Positions 41,301 through 50,915 of a stretch of DNA of 64,000 bases are shown one piece after another; the first letter of the stretch is position 1; every line of letters begins with the position of its first letter. The stretch comes from Candidatus Delongbacteria bacterium. GTDB lineage: Bacteria; CAIWAD01. The stretch spans positions 2,080,001 through 2,144,000 of the forward strand of contig OY760505.1 in NCBI GenBank assembly GCA_963663545.1, read 5' to 3'. The notes under the pieces were generated by a model that did not search any database, was not told the DNA's origin, and saw nothing but the letters and a program-made list of their open reading frames with translations. Position numbers and translations under genes: made by a program.

Positions 41301-41452
41301 TTCAGCCAGCGTGCCATGCCAAGATGGTTGACGATGACAACGCGCTCGTCAAGAGCCCTGGATAGTGGCGCTGCGTGTTCCTCACGCAGATGTAACACGA
41401 GCTGCTTTGCCAGCCGTTCCGGTCGATTGCTGAGCTGAAGCCAAAGGGCCAT
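38345..41452 (-). CDS. recC: Exodeoxyribonuclease V gamma subunit
   Basis: SNR.E.L, GM.RWL, YRPD, HSPLRELQ.L and PMR.VP..V.CLLG motifs. First gene of the recCBD operon. Confidence 0.9.
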   Translation of the reverse strand: MALWLQLSNRPERLAKQLVLHLREEHAAPLSRALDERVVIVNHLGMARWLKLELARQMGICASLRFPFPASWLWELHEELSGERPPDVDAFSRANMRWRLLGLLPDLISKPQLQPLRRWLDHGDTVTRRYELCDKLSEVYDSLLVYRPDLLQQWEDGRGTGYHSLLWTSLLRDTTQKHHRAKRLDSLKAILDWSSDPAACPRELMLFGISALPKPQLETFVSLSRHCDVRFLCLGTGQELSASNSLASYLGAQSAELQQQLLEYGARLLLEHDTFCNDHALGRMQNRLSGQAVKSVPKADDSLRIHVTHSPLRELQALREYLLERFDRDPSLNAGEVLVLMPDPAKMEWAIRATFSVADPAQHIPWRISDTSPNAEHDAAGWLRELLYLIGGRLSLLDVSHFLHHPITLERFSLSNDDIDALSNWLAQGGLRWGADSGHRQRLGLPVTEAGTWKATLDRLALALAMPSETEAFGALLPAGDAHSRRDLFDRLVEVAQLLLSGSVAVSEDRSLLAWSDLLLELYQAWFPESLAGSPADTLLLRTVADLRDTASESRCELPVPLSVLLRELPEDNGNRSSWLRGEVCFAGLQPMRHVPARVLCLLGLDQDTFPRRDTSNELMPETQRRPGERSRELEDRQILLESLLSVREHLLLSYIGKSTVDDSDLPPSSLISHIQDHLREWGESPMHVTSWPLQRVSSQHFHSGSAMARDRDAFSAAQVIQQRFVREPFLAAPLPELDEVHRRLDVLQRFLRDPLDLFLRLRCGIVLPQTSEHPPDEQSFELRGLDRWKLHNALLSRFLSGNAPYSLQAMSHAGALPVLPIADSLYHSGAQRMQHLVEDVSPLLHATPEFAPAGYCTIDLQFESWSLQGVIQGLSAKGFLHLQPGALRPHQLLQCWLKHVLLSNAFVEYHGLSASMMTPEGHASFRPLDNPTRSLQNLLRLAELGLSRPVFWPSDLLLKLSAALNKSGEEGFLTAISKVIETWNTENSPYHSTSATLLVWGDSPPWTQKEFLQHLRFGAECASDLVTHVEGVPL

Positions 41453-41622
41453 AGGTACTCCTGATGTGTTGGCCTCAAGATAGGGCCGGGGCGGGACATT
41501 CTGGTTGTGTCAATGGCGGCAAGATTCTAGACACTTTGCACATTCTCATGCAGGATTTTCACAAGGAAACAAAGGTTTACGGGTGGCGCGGTTCTTGCCA
41601 AGTTTCTGGGTGGAGGTGTGAG

Positions 41623-42999
41623 ATGAAAGCTGCATTCTGTTGCTTTGTGACCGTGATTGCCGGTTGTTTGCATGCGGCAACACTGGAAGTCTACCATGAT
41701 TTGGCCGCCTTCGCGGCGCGAGCTGGTACCCTGAACCAGATCACTTTTGATGATCTACCCACAGGCGGTGAAGCCTACTTCACGCCCGATCACTATCAAC
41801 CCAGCACAGGAATGAGGCTCACTGCGCTTAATGCCGGCGGGCAGTACGCGGGAGATTCCTTTGGCTTTCCGGTGGATTTCGCTCCTGTGTCCGCGCCTAA
41901 TGTGTACTCGCCCGGACCCGTCGGCGTTGCCTCGTCATCATGTATCACGAGGGTTGATTTCTACACGAGCAGCAATCGCGCGCTAAGCTCGGCCTTCGGC
42001 TACTGGTATATCGATTCGGATGTCTCACAGTATCCGTGTCACATGAAGGTGTACAATGACGCTCTTTGCCTCTGGCAGGAGATCACGCTTCCTGTGGGTG
42101 GAAATGGCAGTCAACAGTTCATCGGCGTAGTCTGTGCTACGGAGGGTGGTGGTCTGCAAGCTGGAATTGGCCGCGTAGACATTGACAGCGGTCGCGGATG
42201 GCCCGCGAGTAGCCATGAGGAGGGTGTGGTGCTTGATGATTTTTACTGCACTCCGCCAAGTGGAAGCCCGGCAATCCAATCTGCTCTTGTATCACGATTT
42301 GAAACCGACAACGAAGGGTGGTGGCTGTGGGATGCGCCTACCAGTAGTGGTGTCTTGCCCTACCCGGGAACGAGCGGAATAAACACGGAACCGCTCGTCG
42401 ACTCCGGTGATCTACTGGTTGGCGATTTGGGCTACGACTGGCTTTACGCCATGGCGCCGGATAGTTGGCACGGTGACTGGAGATCGTATCACATGGTCAA
42501 TGCTCGTGTCACACCGGGAACGGCTGAGCCGGTGAGTATCGCTTCGGGCTACTACATGGCAGACGGATACGGAACAGACGCGCAGAATGCGGCCATTCTA
42601 GTTATGGACGAATTCATGACGGCGGGTGTTAGCTCCCACATGACCGTCAATCTGCAGGATTCGCAGTGGTCCATGTTGCGCGGCAACTGGCAGGATCTGC
42701 TGGCGAGCGTGCAGGTCTTTGGTGTGCGTCTCGATTTGAACAGTCTTGTAACACCGGAAGAAACCCACCTGTTACACGAGATCGTCGTCGGGCCACTGCC
42801 TGAGCTGCATATCGAGTACAATGACCCGCAGGTGCGCGTCTTCTGGCAGGGCTTCCCGGGTCTGAACTACACGCTGTGTAGCACCATCGACATCCACAAC
42901 TGGAATATAGAAGCGGTACTTCCCGGAGCGGCTTCGATGGAGCATGTTCGCACGCCAGCTATGGACGAGCGCCGATTCTGGTGTGTGGAAATCGAGTAA
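41623..42999 (+). CDS. Secreted beta-rich protein with possible laminin-B-like domain and short C-terminal Ig/FN3-like domain
   Basis: GGAGG RBS, signal peptide, AP..W.GDW motif, and a C-terminal W...Y...W...FWCVE pattern. Confidence 0.7.
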   Translation: MKAAFCCFVTVIAGCLHAATLEVYHDLAAFAARAGTLNQITFDDLPTGGEAYFTPDHYQPSTGMRLTALNAGGQYAGDSFGFPVDFAPVSAPNVYSPGPVGVASSSCITRVDFYTSSNRALSSAFGYWYIDSDVSQYPCHMKVYNDALCLWQEITLPVGGNGSQQFIGVVCATEGGGLQAGIGRVDIDSGRGWPASSHEEGVVLDDFYCTPPSGSPAIQSALVSRFETDNEGWWLWDAPTSSGVLPYPGTSGINTEPLVDSGDLLVGDLGYDWLYAMAPDSWHGDWRSYHMVNARVTPGTAEPVSIASGYYMADGYGTDAQNAAILVMDEFMTAGVSSHMTVNLQDSQWSMLRGNWQDLLASVQVFGVRLDLNSLVTPEETHLLHEIVVGPLPELHIEYNDPQVRVFWQGFPGLNYTLCSTIDIHNWNIEAVLPGAASMEHVRTPAMDERRFWCVEIE

Positions 43000-43026
43000 C
43001 GGTAGCACCGAAACATTGCATGTATC

Positions 43027-43060
43027 ACAGGGCGGAGCGATTCGCCCTGTTTCTGTTTTT
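43027..43060 (+). terminator. Intrinsic terminator
   Basis: ACAGGGCGGA-GCGA-TTCGCCCTGT followed by TTCTGTTTTT. Confidence 0.75.
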
Positions 43061-43076
43061 GTGGTACGCAAAAACG

Positions 43077-43105
43077 TCAACAGCCCGCGGGGAGCGGGCT
43101 GTTGA
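43077..43105 (-). terminator. Terminator hairpin downstream of the RND operon
   Basis: TCAACAGCCCGC-GGGGA-GCGGGCTGTTGA, followed on the minus strand by CGTTTTT. Confidence 0.7.
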
Positions 43106-43146
43106 TAGAAGGGAACCGACGGGTAAGGACCAGTGGACCGGGTCCA

Positions 43147-46100
43147 CTAGACGTCGTCGTGGGACAGTTGCGCCATGCGGGCATGGGCACTGCCCTCGTT
43201 GGGGTTGATAAAGCGGCCGAAGATGCGGTTGCAGCGCACGTTGAAGGAGTCAATCAGGCTGTACATCACCGGCACAACGACCAGCGTGAGAACCGTGGCA
43301 ACGGCGAGTCCGAAGATTACGGCTGCAGCCATGCTGCTCCAGAACTGGCTGGAATCGGATTCGGTTACCCAGCGGAAATCGGTGAACTGATAATTGATAC
43401 CTGTTGCCATGGGCACGAGACCAAGAATGGTGGTGATGGCCGTCAGCAGCACGGGGCGTAAACGTGTTACACCCGCCTTGATCAGGGCCTCACGCTTGTT
43501 CAAACCTCGATTGCGCAACTTGATGGTGTAATCCAGCAGCACGATGGCGTTGTTCACAACCACACCGGCCAGACTGATGACACCAACACCGGTCATCACA
43601 ATGCCGAAGGGCTTGTGCATGATCAGCAGACCCATGAAGACACCAATGAGCGATAGCATGACGCTGACGATGATCACCAGCGGTGTTGTGACACTGTTGA
43701 ACTGTAACACGAGCACCATCGCGATGAGGAAGACGGCCATCAGGAAGGCGCCCTCCAGGAACTCGGAGGCTTCTTCCTGATCCTCGCTTGCGCCGGTGAA
43801 CTCCATCTTGTAACCGTGAGGAAGCTCGAAATCGGCAAGCCGCTGCTGCACTTCCAGTAGCACTTCGTTGTCCAGTCGGCCTTCCACATCACCGGAAATA
43901 GTAATGACGCGGTCCTCGTCGATGTGCGTAATCGTGCCGAAGCCGGTGGTCATGACCACATCTGCGACCGAGGAAAGAGGCACCATGTCACCGCCTTCGA
44001 TAACCAGGTGCACGTTCTCAATGTCTTCAATTGTAGTACGCGCCTCAGGAGCAAAACGCACCGTGATGTCCACATCATCGTCACCTTCGCGCCAGGTGCC
44101 TGTTTCCAGGCCATTGAATGCACCGCGCACCGCGCTGGCAATCATACCCGTGGACAGTCCCAGATAAGCTGCACGATCGCGATCGATGACAACCTGAATC
44201 TCTGGCTTGCCGCTGTCGTAGTTGCTCTGCAGGTTCACCAGGCCCGGTGTATCACGCACCGTCTTCATAACCTGATCGGTGAGCGTTCCCAGCATCAGGT
44301 AATCGTCGCCGTGAATCTCGATGTTCACAGGCTTGCCCGTCGGGGGACCCTCTTCCTGCTTTTCAACCGTAATGATGGTGCCCGGCTCGCTGGTGATTGT
44401 CTCACGAATGCTGGCCATCGTCTCGTTTGTGGAGCGGTCGCGGTACTGACGATCGATCATGTCGACGGTGATGCGTCCCTTGTGACTCGGGTTGCCGCCG
44501 CCGGAGAAGATGTCCCCACCCACGCCCGCGCGTGCAACATACGTGCGCACGTTTGGCCAGTCGTGCAGGCGTCCTTCCACGCTCTGCAGGTATTCGTCGG
44601 TTCGTTCTAGTCGTGTACCCGAAGGTTGCTCAAACGATATGGTGACGAGACGCGGGTCTGTGTCCGGGAAGAACTCGAGGCCACGTCCGAAAGCGCCATA
44701 CAGAGCGATCATGCCGACGAGTGACACAAAGGCAAGGAGGATTACGGACAGCCTGTGATCCAATGCCCATGTGATGACGCCGTGATACTTGCGGGCCAGC
44801 CAGGACTGTTCAAAAGCGCTACGCTGCGGACCCGTTGTGTCTTTTCTGCGCACTTTCAGCAGGCTGGCGCAGAAAACGGGATTGACGATCAGGGCTACAA
44901 AGAGCGAAGCCGTCAGTGTGATGATGAGGGTGATGGGCAGAAAGGACATGAACTCGCCCACAATGCCCGGCCAACCCAGCATGGGTATGAATGCACAGAG
45001 CGTGGTCGCGGTCGATGCCGTCACGGCCCAGGCCACCTCACCCACGCCCTTGACGGCAGCAGAGCTGGGGCTGTGTCCCTCTTCCATGAAGCGGTAGATG
45101 TTTTCGACCACCACAATGGCGTTGTCCACCAGCATACCCAGCGCCAGGATCAGGCTGAAGAGCACCACCATGTTGAGTGTGTGTCCAAACACCTGCAGGA
45201 CCCAGAAGCTGATCAGCATCGAGAGCGGAATGGCGGCCGCGACAAAGAGGCTGGTGCGGAAACCCATGAAGAAGACCAGCACGAGGATCACGAGCACAAG
45301 GCCGTTTAGCACGCCGTTCTGCAGGTCATCCACCATCATGCGGATGTCCTTTGACTGGTCGCCGGTGAATGTGACACGCGTCGTGGGCGGCAAATTGGGT
45401 AGCTGCTCGTCGACGATTTCGTGTGCGCGATCGCAAATGCGAATCAAGTTCTCGCCGGCCTTCTTACTGATGTCCAGCGTGATACAATTCTGTCCTTCAA
45501 GCCGTGCGGTCGAAGTCAGATCTTTGTACCCCACACTCACGGTAGCTACGTCGCGGATGTAAACGGGAAAGTGATCGTCGGCCTTAACGACGAAATCTTC
45601 GATCTCGTGCGGATCACTCACTTCGCCCGGAACACGCAGCAGAAAGGAGTAATCGCCCAGATCCATCTCGCCGCCAGGCATGTTGAAGTTCTCGTTGAGG
45701 ATGGCCATTTGCACATCCTCAATGTTCAGGCGGTAGTGACGCAGCCGGTCGGGGTCCACGTTGATCTGAACTTCGCGTTCCAGGCCACCCGAGATCACCA
45801 CATCGAGCACGCCTTCGATCTGCTCGAATTCGTCCTGCAGGTTTTCCGCCACAGTCTTGAGCTGCGCCAGATCGTAATCGGCGGTCAGGTTGACGGAGAT
45901 GATAGGGAAGTCGTCGAAGCTGATCTCCTGAATCAGCGGCTCTTCGGCATCGGAAGGCAGTTCAGGACGCGCCAGGTCTACCTTGTCGCGCACCTTGGCC
46001 ATCATCTCGTCGATGTCAGCGTCGATGTCGAATTCCAGGAAGATCTGGCTCAGGCCGTCCATCGAGCTCGAAGTCATCTCCTGCAGCTCGTTGATCTCGC

Positions 46101-46314
46101 CCAGTTCCTGCTCAATCTTGTTGGTTACCAGCTTCTCCATGTCTTCCGGGCTGGTTCCGTACCAGGACGTGACCACTACGATGTAGGGGATGTTCACGTC
46201 CGGCGAAGACTCGCGCGGCAGTGTCACATAGCTGCGCAAGCCTATCAGCACGAAGAGGAAGACCAGCACGTAGACGGCGGGTCGGTTCTTCAGTGCGTAA
46301 TTGCTGATTTTCAT
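43147..46314 (-). CDS. RND efflux permease (AcrB/SwrC-like)
   Basis: 1055 aa with GMLVDNAIVVVENIYR, GVVVNNAIVLLD and RLRPVLLT motifs. Confidence 0.95.
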   Translation of the reverse strand: MKISNYALKNRPAVYVLVFLFVLIGLRSYVTLPRESSPDVNIPYIVVVTSWYGTSPEDMEKLVTNKIEQELGEINELQEMTSSSMDGLSQIFLEFDIDADIDEMMAKVRDKVDLARPELPSDAEEPLIQEISFDDFPIISVNLTADYDLAQLKTVAENLQDEFEQIEGVLDVVISGGLEREVQINVDPDRLRHYRLNIEDVQMAILNENFNMPGGEMDLGDYSFLLRVPGEVSDPHEIEDFVVKADDHFPVYIRDVATVSVGYKDLTSTARLEGQNCITLDISKKAGENLIRICDRAHEIVDEQLPNLPPTTRVTFTGDQSKDIRMMVDDLQNGVLNGLVLVILVLVFFMGFRTSLFVAAAIPLSMLISFWVLQVFGHTLNMVVLFSLILALGMLVDNAIVVVENIYRFMEEGHSPSSAAVKGVGEVAWAVTASTATTLCAFIPMLGWPGIVGEFMSFLPITLIITLTASLFVALIVNPVFCASLLKVRRKDTTGPQRSAFEQSWLARKYHGVITWALDHRLSVILLAFVSLVGMIALYGAFGRGLEFFPDTDPRLVTISFEQPSGTRLERTDEYLQSVEGRLHDWPNVRTYVARAGVGGDIFSGGGNPSHKGRITVDMIDRQYRDRSTNETMASIRETITSEPGTIITVEKQEEGPPTGKPVNIEIHGDDYLMLGTLTDQVMKTVRDTPGLVNLQSNYDSGKPEIQVVIDRDRAAYLGLSTGMIASAVRGAFNGLETGTWREGDDDVDITVRFAPEARTTIEDIENVHLVIEGGDMVPLSSVADVVMTTGFGTITHIDEDRVITISGDVEGRLDNEVLLEVQQRLADFELPHGYKMEFTGASEDQEEASEFLEGAFLMAVFLIAMVLVLQFNSVTTPLVIIVSVMLSLIGVFMGLLIMHKPFGIVMTGVGVISLAGVVVNNAIVLLDYTIKLRNRGLNKREALIKAGVTRLRPVLLTAITTILGLVPMATGINYQFTDFRWVTESDSSQFWSSMAAAVIFGLAVATVLTLVVVPVMYSLIDSFNVRCNRIFGRFINPNEGSAHARMAQLSHDDV

Positions 46315-46346
46315 CCTAGCATTCCTTCCAAGGGAGATTCGCGCTG

Positions 46347-47447
46347 CTAGCGGCCCGGAGCTTCCTGAATGTCTACCGGCTGGCCGTCCACCAGATTGCG
46401 GAAGCCGCTTACCACCAACTGATCACCAGCGGACAATCCCTTGAGGACCTCCACCTTGTCGCCTTCGCGATTTCCCAGGCTAACCTGGCGCTGCTGGGCG
46501 CGGCCCTGCTCGACCACGAAGACGAAATTCTGCTCACGCGTTTTCTGCACCACTGAAATGGGCACAACAATGGCGTTCTGGTTGGTCGTCCGTTGTAGGC
46601 GGACTTCACACACCATGCCCGGACGAATACTGCGGTCCGCGTGCAGACTGATCTCAACGGGCAGCGTGCGGCTGCGTGACTCAATAACAGTGCCTACCCA
46701 CGAGACGGTGCTCTCCTGGCTGAAGCCGGCCTCTGTGATACTCAGGCTGACGGGGTTGCCCACTTCTACTGTGTAGGCCTGGTTCTCCGGCACACCACAG
46801 GTGACCTTGAGCTGATCTTCCTGCACCAGACGAATCAGGGGCGTTCCTGGTGATACAAGCTCACCAACGTCGACGTGCCGCTCGGCCACCGTACCAGCAA
46901 AGGGTGCCAGCACGAAGCAGTTCTCGAGTTGAACGCGCGCCGTCTGGACTTGCGCCTCGGCAATACGCAGACCGTTACCCGCTTTGTGGAAGTCGCTCTC
47001 GGAAATACCCTGACCGGACTCGTAGAGCTTGCGGGCGATTTCGTAATCCAGGCCAGCGTTTTCCAGGCTGGCTTCTGCTGTGGCAAGCTGGGCCTCGAGC
47101 ATGCGACTGTCGATGTGCAGCAGTGTATCACCGCGCTGAACATGAGCCCCTTTACGGGCGACAACACGACGTAGCACGCCGGACGTCTCGGAGCTGATCA
47201 ACGCATTCTGCAGAGCATCAACTTCGCCAACCAGCAGCAAGTGGCTGGCGAAGGCACCGGGCTGAATCTGTGATACAGCGACCGGCGCGACGGTCTCGTG
47301 AGACAAACCTTCCACGACACCCTCGGAGCGTCCATCGCCCTGCTCTTCCTTGTGGGAACAGGCGGGAATGGCAAATGAAAGCGCCAACACCAGCGCAATG
47401 CCTCCGACGGTGTACCACGTCTTGTTGTGGTGTGTATTCTTGGCCAT
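46347..47447 (-). CDS. RND periplasmic adaptor (MFP)
   Basis: Lipoyl halves (G..V.RGD.L and APFAG.V...GE.V.PG) and C-terminal GL..GD.LVV.G. Confidence 0.92.
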   Translation of the reverse strand: MAKNTHHNKTWYTVGGIALVLALSFAIPACSHKEEQGDGRSEGVVEGLSHETVAPVAVSQIQPGAFASHLLLVGEVDALQNALISSETSGVLRRVVARKGAHVQRGDTLLHIDSRMLEAQLATAEASLENAGLDYEIARKLYESGQGISESDFHKAGNGLRIAEAQVQTARVQLENCFVLAPFAGTVAERHVDVGELVSPGTPLIRLVQEDQLKVTCGVPENQAYTVEVGNPVSLSITEAGFSQESTVSWVGTVIESRSRTLPVEISLHADRSIRPGMVCEVRLQRTTNQNAIVVPISVVQKTREQNFVFVVEQGRAQQRQVSLGNREGDKVEVLKGLSAGDQLVVSGFRNLVDGQPVDIQEAPGR

Positions 47448-47464
47448 GATATCCTCTGTGTTCC

Positions 47465-48874
47465 TTAGTTCGTTGTCAGGATTTCGACGCCGTCCAGCTC
47501 GCCCAGTGCGTGCAGGAAGTTGATGCGCGCCGTAATCAGGTCGTAGCGGGCCTGGGCCAAATTTGCGCGTGCTGCCTTCATTGCCGTGCGTGCATCACGC
47601 AGCTCGATTTCACTGCCGGCTCCGCCGTCGCGACGCATGCGTGCGATGCGCAAACCTTCTTCGGCTGCTTCTGCGTTACGTTCCCAGGCTGCGTAATCCA
47701 GCAGACGCCGCTCGAGCTCGCGTCCGATGAACTCCACCTCGATGCGAATCTGGTCTTCCATCATCGACTTGTCCTCGCCCGCCTTGCGCAGATCCTGTTT
47801 GGCGGATTTGATGCGCGCATAGCGACCCAGGCCCGTGAAAATGGGTAGACTAACGTTGATTCCGGCATTCCACGAGTTATGCCACTCATCGCTAATGCCA
47901 AACATATCGCCCGGCCTGGCGCGCTCCAGATTGTAGAAGGCGGCTACCGTTGGCAACAATTCGGCCTGATAGGAGCGCAACCCGCGCTTGTAACCCTCTA
48001 CACTCTGCTGCGTGATACGCATCTCAGGGCGTTGCTGTAATGCGCGTTTCTGCAAGTCGGGCAGCCAGTCTGCGGTAAGTTCTCCATGCCCCTGGGTTTC
48101 GCCAGCTTCTGCACTGAAGCGAGTAAGGACCTCGTCTTGCAGATCAAAGCCATGAATCTCGAGTCGTGTCCCCGAAGGCAGATTGAGCATCAAGCGCAGC
48201 GAGCTCTCGGCGTAATCTAGTCCGTTTTCCGCCTCGCGCAGCGCTGGTATCGAATTCATGTATTCGACTTCATTGCGCAGCAGGTCGTAGCGCGACAACG
48301 ATCCAATCTCGTGCAGCAGTGTCGCGTCTTCGTAGCGGGCGCGGGCCTGTGCTACAACTTCCTCGTTCAAGTCCACCAGCTCACGAAGCAGTTGCACTTG
48401 CGCGTACTGCTCCAGAAAGCTGCGAATCAGCCCCGCACGCGTGCTACGCAATTGAGCTTCCGCTACCTCGCGATAGCTGCGCGCAGCGCCAATGGCGTAG
48501 AAGACCTGGCCGGAGAAGAGAAGCTGCGTGGCACCCAGACTGTAGCTGTAGGTATTGCTTGCTGGCGTCATCGAAAGCGAATCCGATAAAGAGATTCCCT
48601 CCGTGTTCCCCAGACGAGTTGCCGTGTACCCCAGGTCTACCTGCGGAAGTGCGCTGGAGCCCGTTTCCATGACTCGCAGCCGGGCCTGTTCAAGATCAGC
48701 CAGCGCCTTCTGGTAGTCGCGATTGTTGGCCAGCAGGTAGTCGACGGACTCGGATACGGACATCGAGAAGACCTCGGCCCGAAGGGTAGCTTTTGCAGGA
48801 AGGCACGCGAGCACGCCTAGTGCTACAAGGGCCAGCGTCGCGTTTCTGATTCTGTGTATCACATTTCTATTCAC
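47465..48874 (-). CDS. TolC-family outer membrane efflux protein
   Basis: Signal peptide and two OEP repeats (ALPQVD and LLPTV..SLPIFTG). GTG start with AGGAG RBS; alternative start 48895. Confidence 0.9.
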   Translation of the reverse strand: MNRNVIHRIRNATLALVALGVLACLPAKATLRAEVFSMSVSESVDYLLANNRDYQKALADLEQARLRVMETGSSALPQVDLGYTATRLGNTEGISLSDSLSMTPASNTYSYSLGATQLLFSGQVFYAIGAARSYREVAEAQLRSTRAGLIRSFLEQYAQVQLLRELVDLNEEVVAQARARYEDATLLHEIGSLSRYDLLRNEVEYMNSIPALREAENGLDYAESSLRLMLNLPSGTRLEIHGFDLQDEVLTRFSAEAGETQGHGELTADWLPDLQKRALQQRPEMRITQQSVEGYKRGLRSYQAELLPTVAAFYNLERARPGDMFGISDEWHNSWNAGINVSLPIFTGLGRYARIKSAKQDLRKAGEDKSMMEDQIRIEVEFIGRELERRLLDYAAWERNAEAAEEGLRIARMRRDGGAGSEIELRDARTAMKAARANLAQARYDLITARINFLHALGELDGVEILTTN

Positions 48875-48891
48875 GATCTCTCCTGAAATCC

Positions 48892-49506
48892 TCAAGCTTG
48901 GCAGATACCGGTAAAGATGACGTCAAGCTGATGTTGGAAGAACTCCTTGACGTCGCCCTGGATGAAGTGGAACATCACGTTGTGCATGTAGATGTAGAAG
49001 CAAGACATCAGCAGGCTTGTGGTGGCGATGCGATCCAGCCCCAGACGGAAGTCGCCGGAGCGCTGACCGTCCTGCACCAGCTTGTCCAGCGCTTCCATCA
49101 ACAGGTGATCCTCGCCTTTACAGGGGCACTCACCGTCCTTTTCCTGCATCGGGTCGTATTCCAGCGAGCGCGGCAGCTCGAGCGTGGGATCAACCAGATA
49201 GAAGCGGGCGACTACCGGGTGCTTCTCGAGCGTGCTGATGCCCTGCAGGATGAAGCGCTCGATGCATTCGCGAGCGGATCCTTTGCAGTTCGCGGCTTCG
49301 CCCAGATCGCGCTCCATCTCTATCCGATAGCGATCGATGACGGAGCGGAAGAGTTCATCCTTGCTGTCGAAATATGTGTAAACACTACCCTTGGACATGC
49401 GACCGGCACGGGCGATATCGTCCATGGAACTACGTCTGTAGCCAAAACGCTCGAAGCACTCCTCGGCAGCGTCCAGAATTTGATCTCGCTTTTCTGGTAG
49501 AGCCAT
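48892..49506 (-). CDS. TetR/AcrR-family regulator
   Basis: HTH motif ILDAA..CF..FGY..SMDDIA...SKGSVY.YF.SK.ELF. Confidence 0.95.
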   Translation of the reverse strand: MALPEKRDQILDAAEECFERFGYRRSSMDDIARAGRMSKGSVYTYFDSKDELFRSVIDRYRIEMERDLGEAANCKGSARECIERFILQGISTLEKHPVVARFYLVDPTLELPRSLEYDPMQEKDGECPCKGEDHLLMEALDKLVQDGQRSGDFRLGLDRIATTSLLMSCFYIYMHNVMFHFIQGDVKEFFQHQLDVIFTGICQA

Positions 49507-49526
49507 TGGTGAACCCTTGTTTCGAT

Positions 49527-49560
49527 TGAACTGAAACGACCAAATCGGTTCATCTGGTCA
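49527..49560. promoter_or_regulatory. Putative TetR operator (overlapping inverted repeats)
   Basis: GACCAAAT-N6-ATCTGGTC and TGAAC...GTTCA lie just upstream of tetR and overlap a minus-strand TTGACC. Confidence 0.5.
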
Positions 49561-49807
49561 AATTGGACAAAACGGCCCAAAGTGTCGCAATGGACGAGCG
49601 AAGAGTCAATAGCGCACAAGACAAAACGCATCGTTGTTGTGAAAATTTCTCACTACAACTCGGGTGAAAGGGAAAGCCAGCGGAGGTGACACTTTGCTGA
49701 GGAAGTAATAGGTTGTGCGCTCGTCCCGGAGGAGGACCGGAAGGCCGGCCCCGGCGGAGACGCACGCCCGGGCGGAGTTTCCGCGGGCACTGTAGGTGGT
49801 ATCAGGC

Positions 49808-50173
49808 ATGACCATTTCCGTTTTGAAGTCGAAGATTCATCTGGCGCGTGTTACAGACACGCGTCTCACATACAATGGCAGCCTCGAGGTCGATCCCGAC
49901 ATCTTTGAGGAAGCAGGTATCGTGGCTTACGAGAAGGTGCTGGTAGGCAACATGACCAACGGCCAGCGCTTCGAGACCTACATCATCCCCGGTACGCGCG
50001 GCAGTCGCGTTGTATCACCCAACGGTGGCGTCGCACGCCTTTGCGAGCGTGGTGATCAGCTTGTTGTGATGAGCTTCGCGCAGATTGAGCCGGGCGAAAG
50101 CCTGGTTCCCAAGGTGATTGTGCTGGATGAACACAACACCATCGTCGAGCGTCCGGACTATCGTCTGGATTAA
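49808..50173 (+). CDS. panD: Aspartate 1-decarboxylase
   Basis: LKSKIH, Y.GS autocleavage site, and NG.RFETY motif. Confidence 0.93.
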   Translation: MTISVLKSKIHLARVTDTRLTYNGSLEVDPDIFEEAGIVAYEKVLVGNMTNGQRFETYIIPGTRGSRVVSPNGGVARLCERGDQLVVMSFAQIEPGESLVPKVIVLDEHNTIVERPDYRLD

Positions 50174-50177
50174 TTCG

Positions 50178-50891
50178 ATGCGCACACTCGTTTTTTTGTT
50201 CTTGTTCTTGCCGGTTTTCAGCTTGGCACAGGATGATCTCAACCCTTTGACGAATCCAGGCAGGCCTGAGCTGGGCGAGCTAAGCTTGCCTGCGCTAAGC
50301 GTCGAGGATTCCCTTGAAATGGTGGCCTCTGTAGAACGGATGGCCGACAGTCTGCGGATCGGGATTCGCGAGCTGCAATTGCTTTGGCGAGAGCATCAGC
50401 AGATGCCAACCGATTCCATCAAACGCGTAGTGCAGTTCGGCCATGGACGCAACTGGCACGACTACGCGCTGGATCGGGCGCCGCGACGTGGTATGACCGG
50501 CCAGGAATGGATTCTGATCGGTCACATGTTCGGCTGGCTCTACCGGTTTGAAGTGCAGAACGCGTTTCAGAACCAGCTGAACGCTTACCGCTGGGCCGCC
50601 ATGGATCCGGACTACGAGTACGACGCAAGCATGCTGCTGCTAAACAACTACCACGAGGCGGGCTTTGCACCGGGAATGCTGGACGCCTGTCAGCGGCTGA
50701 TGAACCTTGATCGCGAGAAGGCAATTGTAGATGGCGTTGAAAAAGAGATCGCCATTGCCTACTACATCGTTGGAGATCGCAAGGCTGCTTTGAAGTGGAT
50801 CAAAGCCTACCGGAGGCGCGAGCTGGACCACGATAGGCAGTCCGAGGCTGACAACCTCTACGAACGGATTCGCAGCCTGCCGAAGAACTGA
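50178..50891 (+). CDS. Exported hypothetical protein with C-terminal TPR-like helices
   Basis: Signal peptide MRTLVFLFLFLPVFSLAQ and the motif IAIAYYIVGDRKAALKW. Confidence 0.65.
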   Translation: MRTLVFLFLFLPVFSLAQDDLNPLTNPGRPELGELSLPALSVEDSLEMVASVERMADSLRIGIRELQLLWREHQQMPTDSIKRVVQFGHGRNWHDYALDRAPRRGMTGQEWILIGHMFGWLYRFEVQNAFQNQLNAYRWAAMDPDYEYDASMLLLNNYHEAGFAPGMLDACQRLMNLDREKAIVDGVEKEIAIAYYIVGDRKAALKWIKAYRRRELDHDRQSEADNLYERIRSLPKN

Positions 50892-50915
50892 TCGAAGACC
50901 AATTCGATGTATCAC

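Noticed and set aside
33122..41452. GTGATAC as the Chi site of the local RecBCD
   Set aside because: Chi is non-palindromic and strand-polarised. This motif family is self-complementary and its main variant occurs about equally in both orientations.
45421..46350. Long antisense ORFs (also 14715-15629, 22013-22906, 54441-55385, 48898-49500)
   Set aside because: They are shadows of well-supported opposite-strand genes in GC-rich DNA and carry no motifs of their own.
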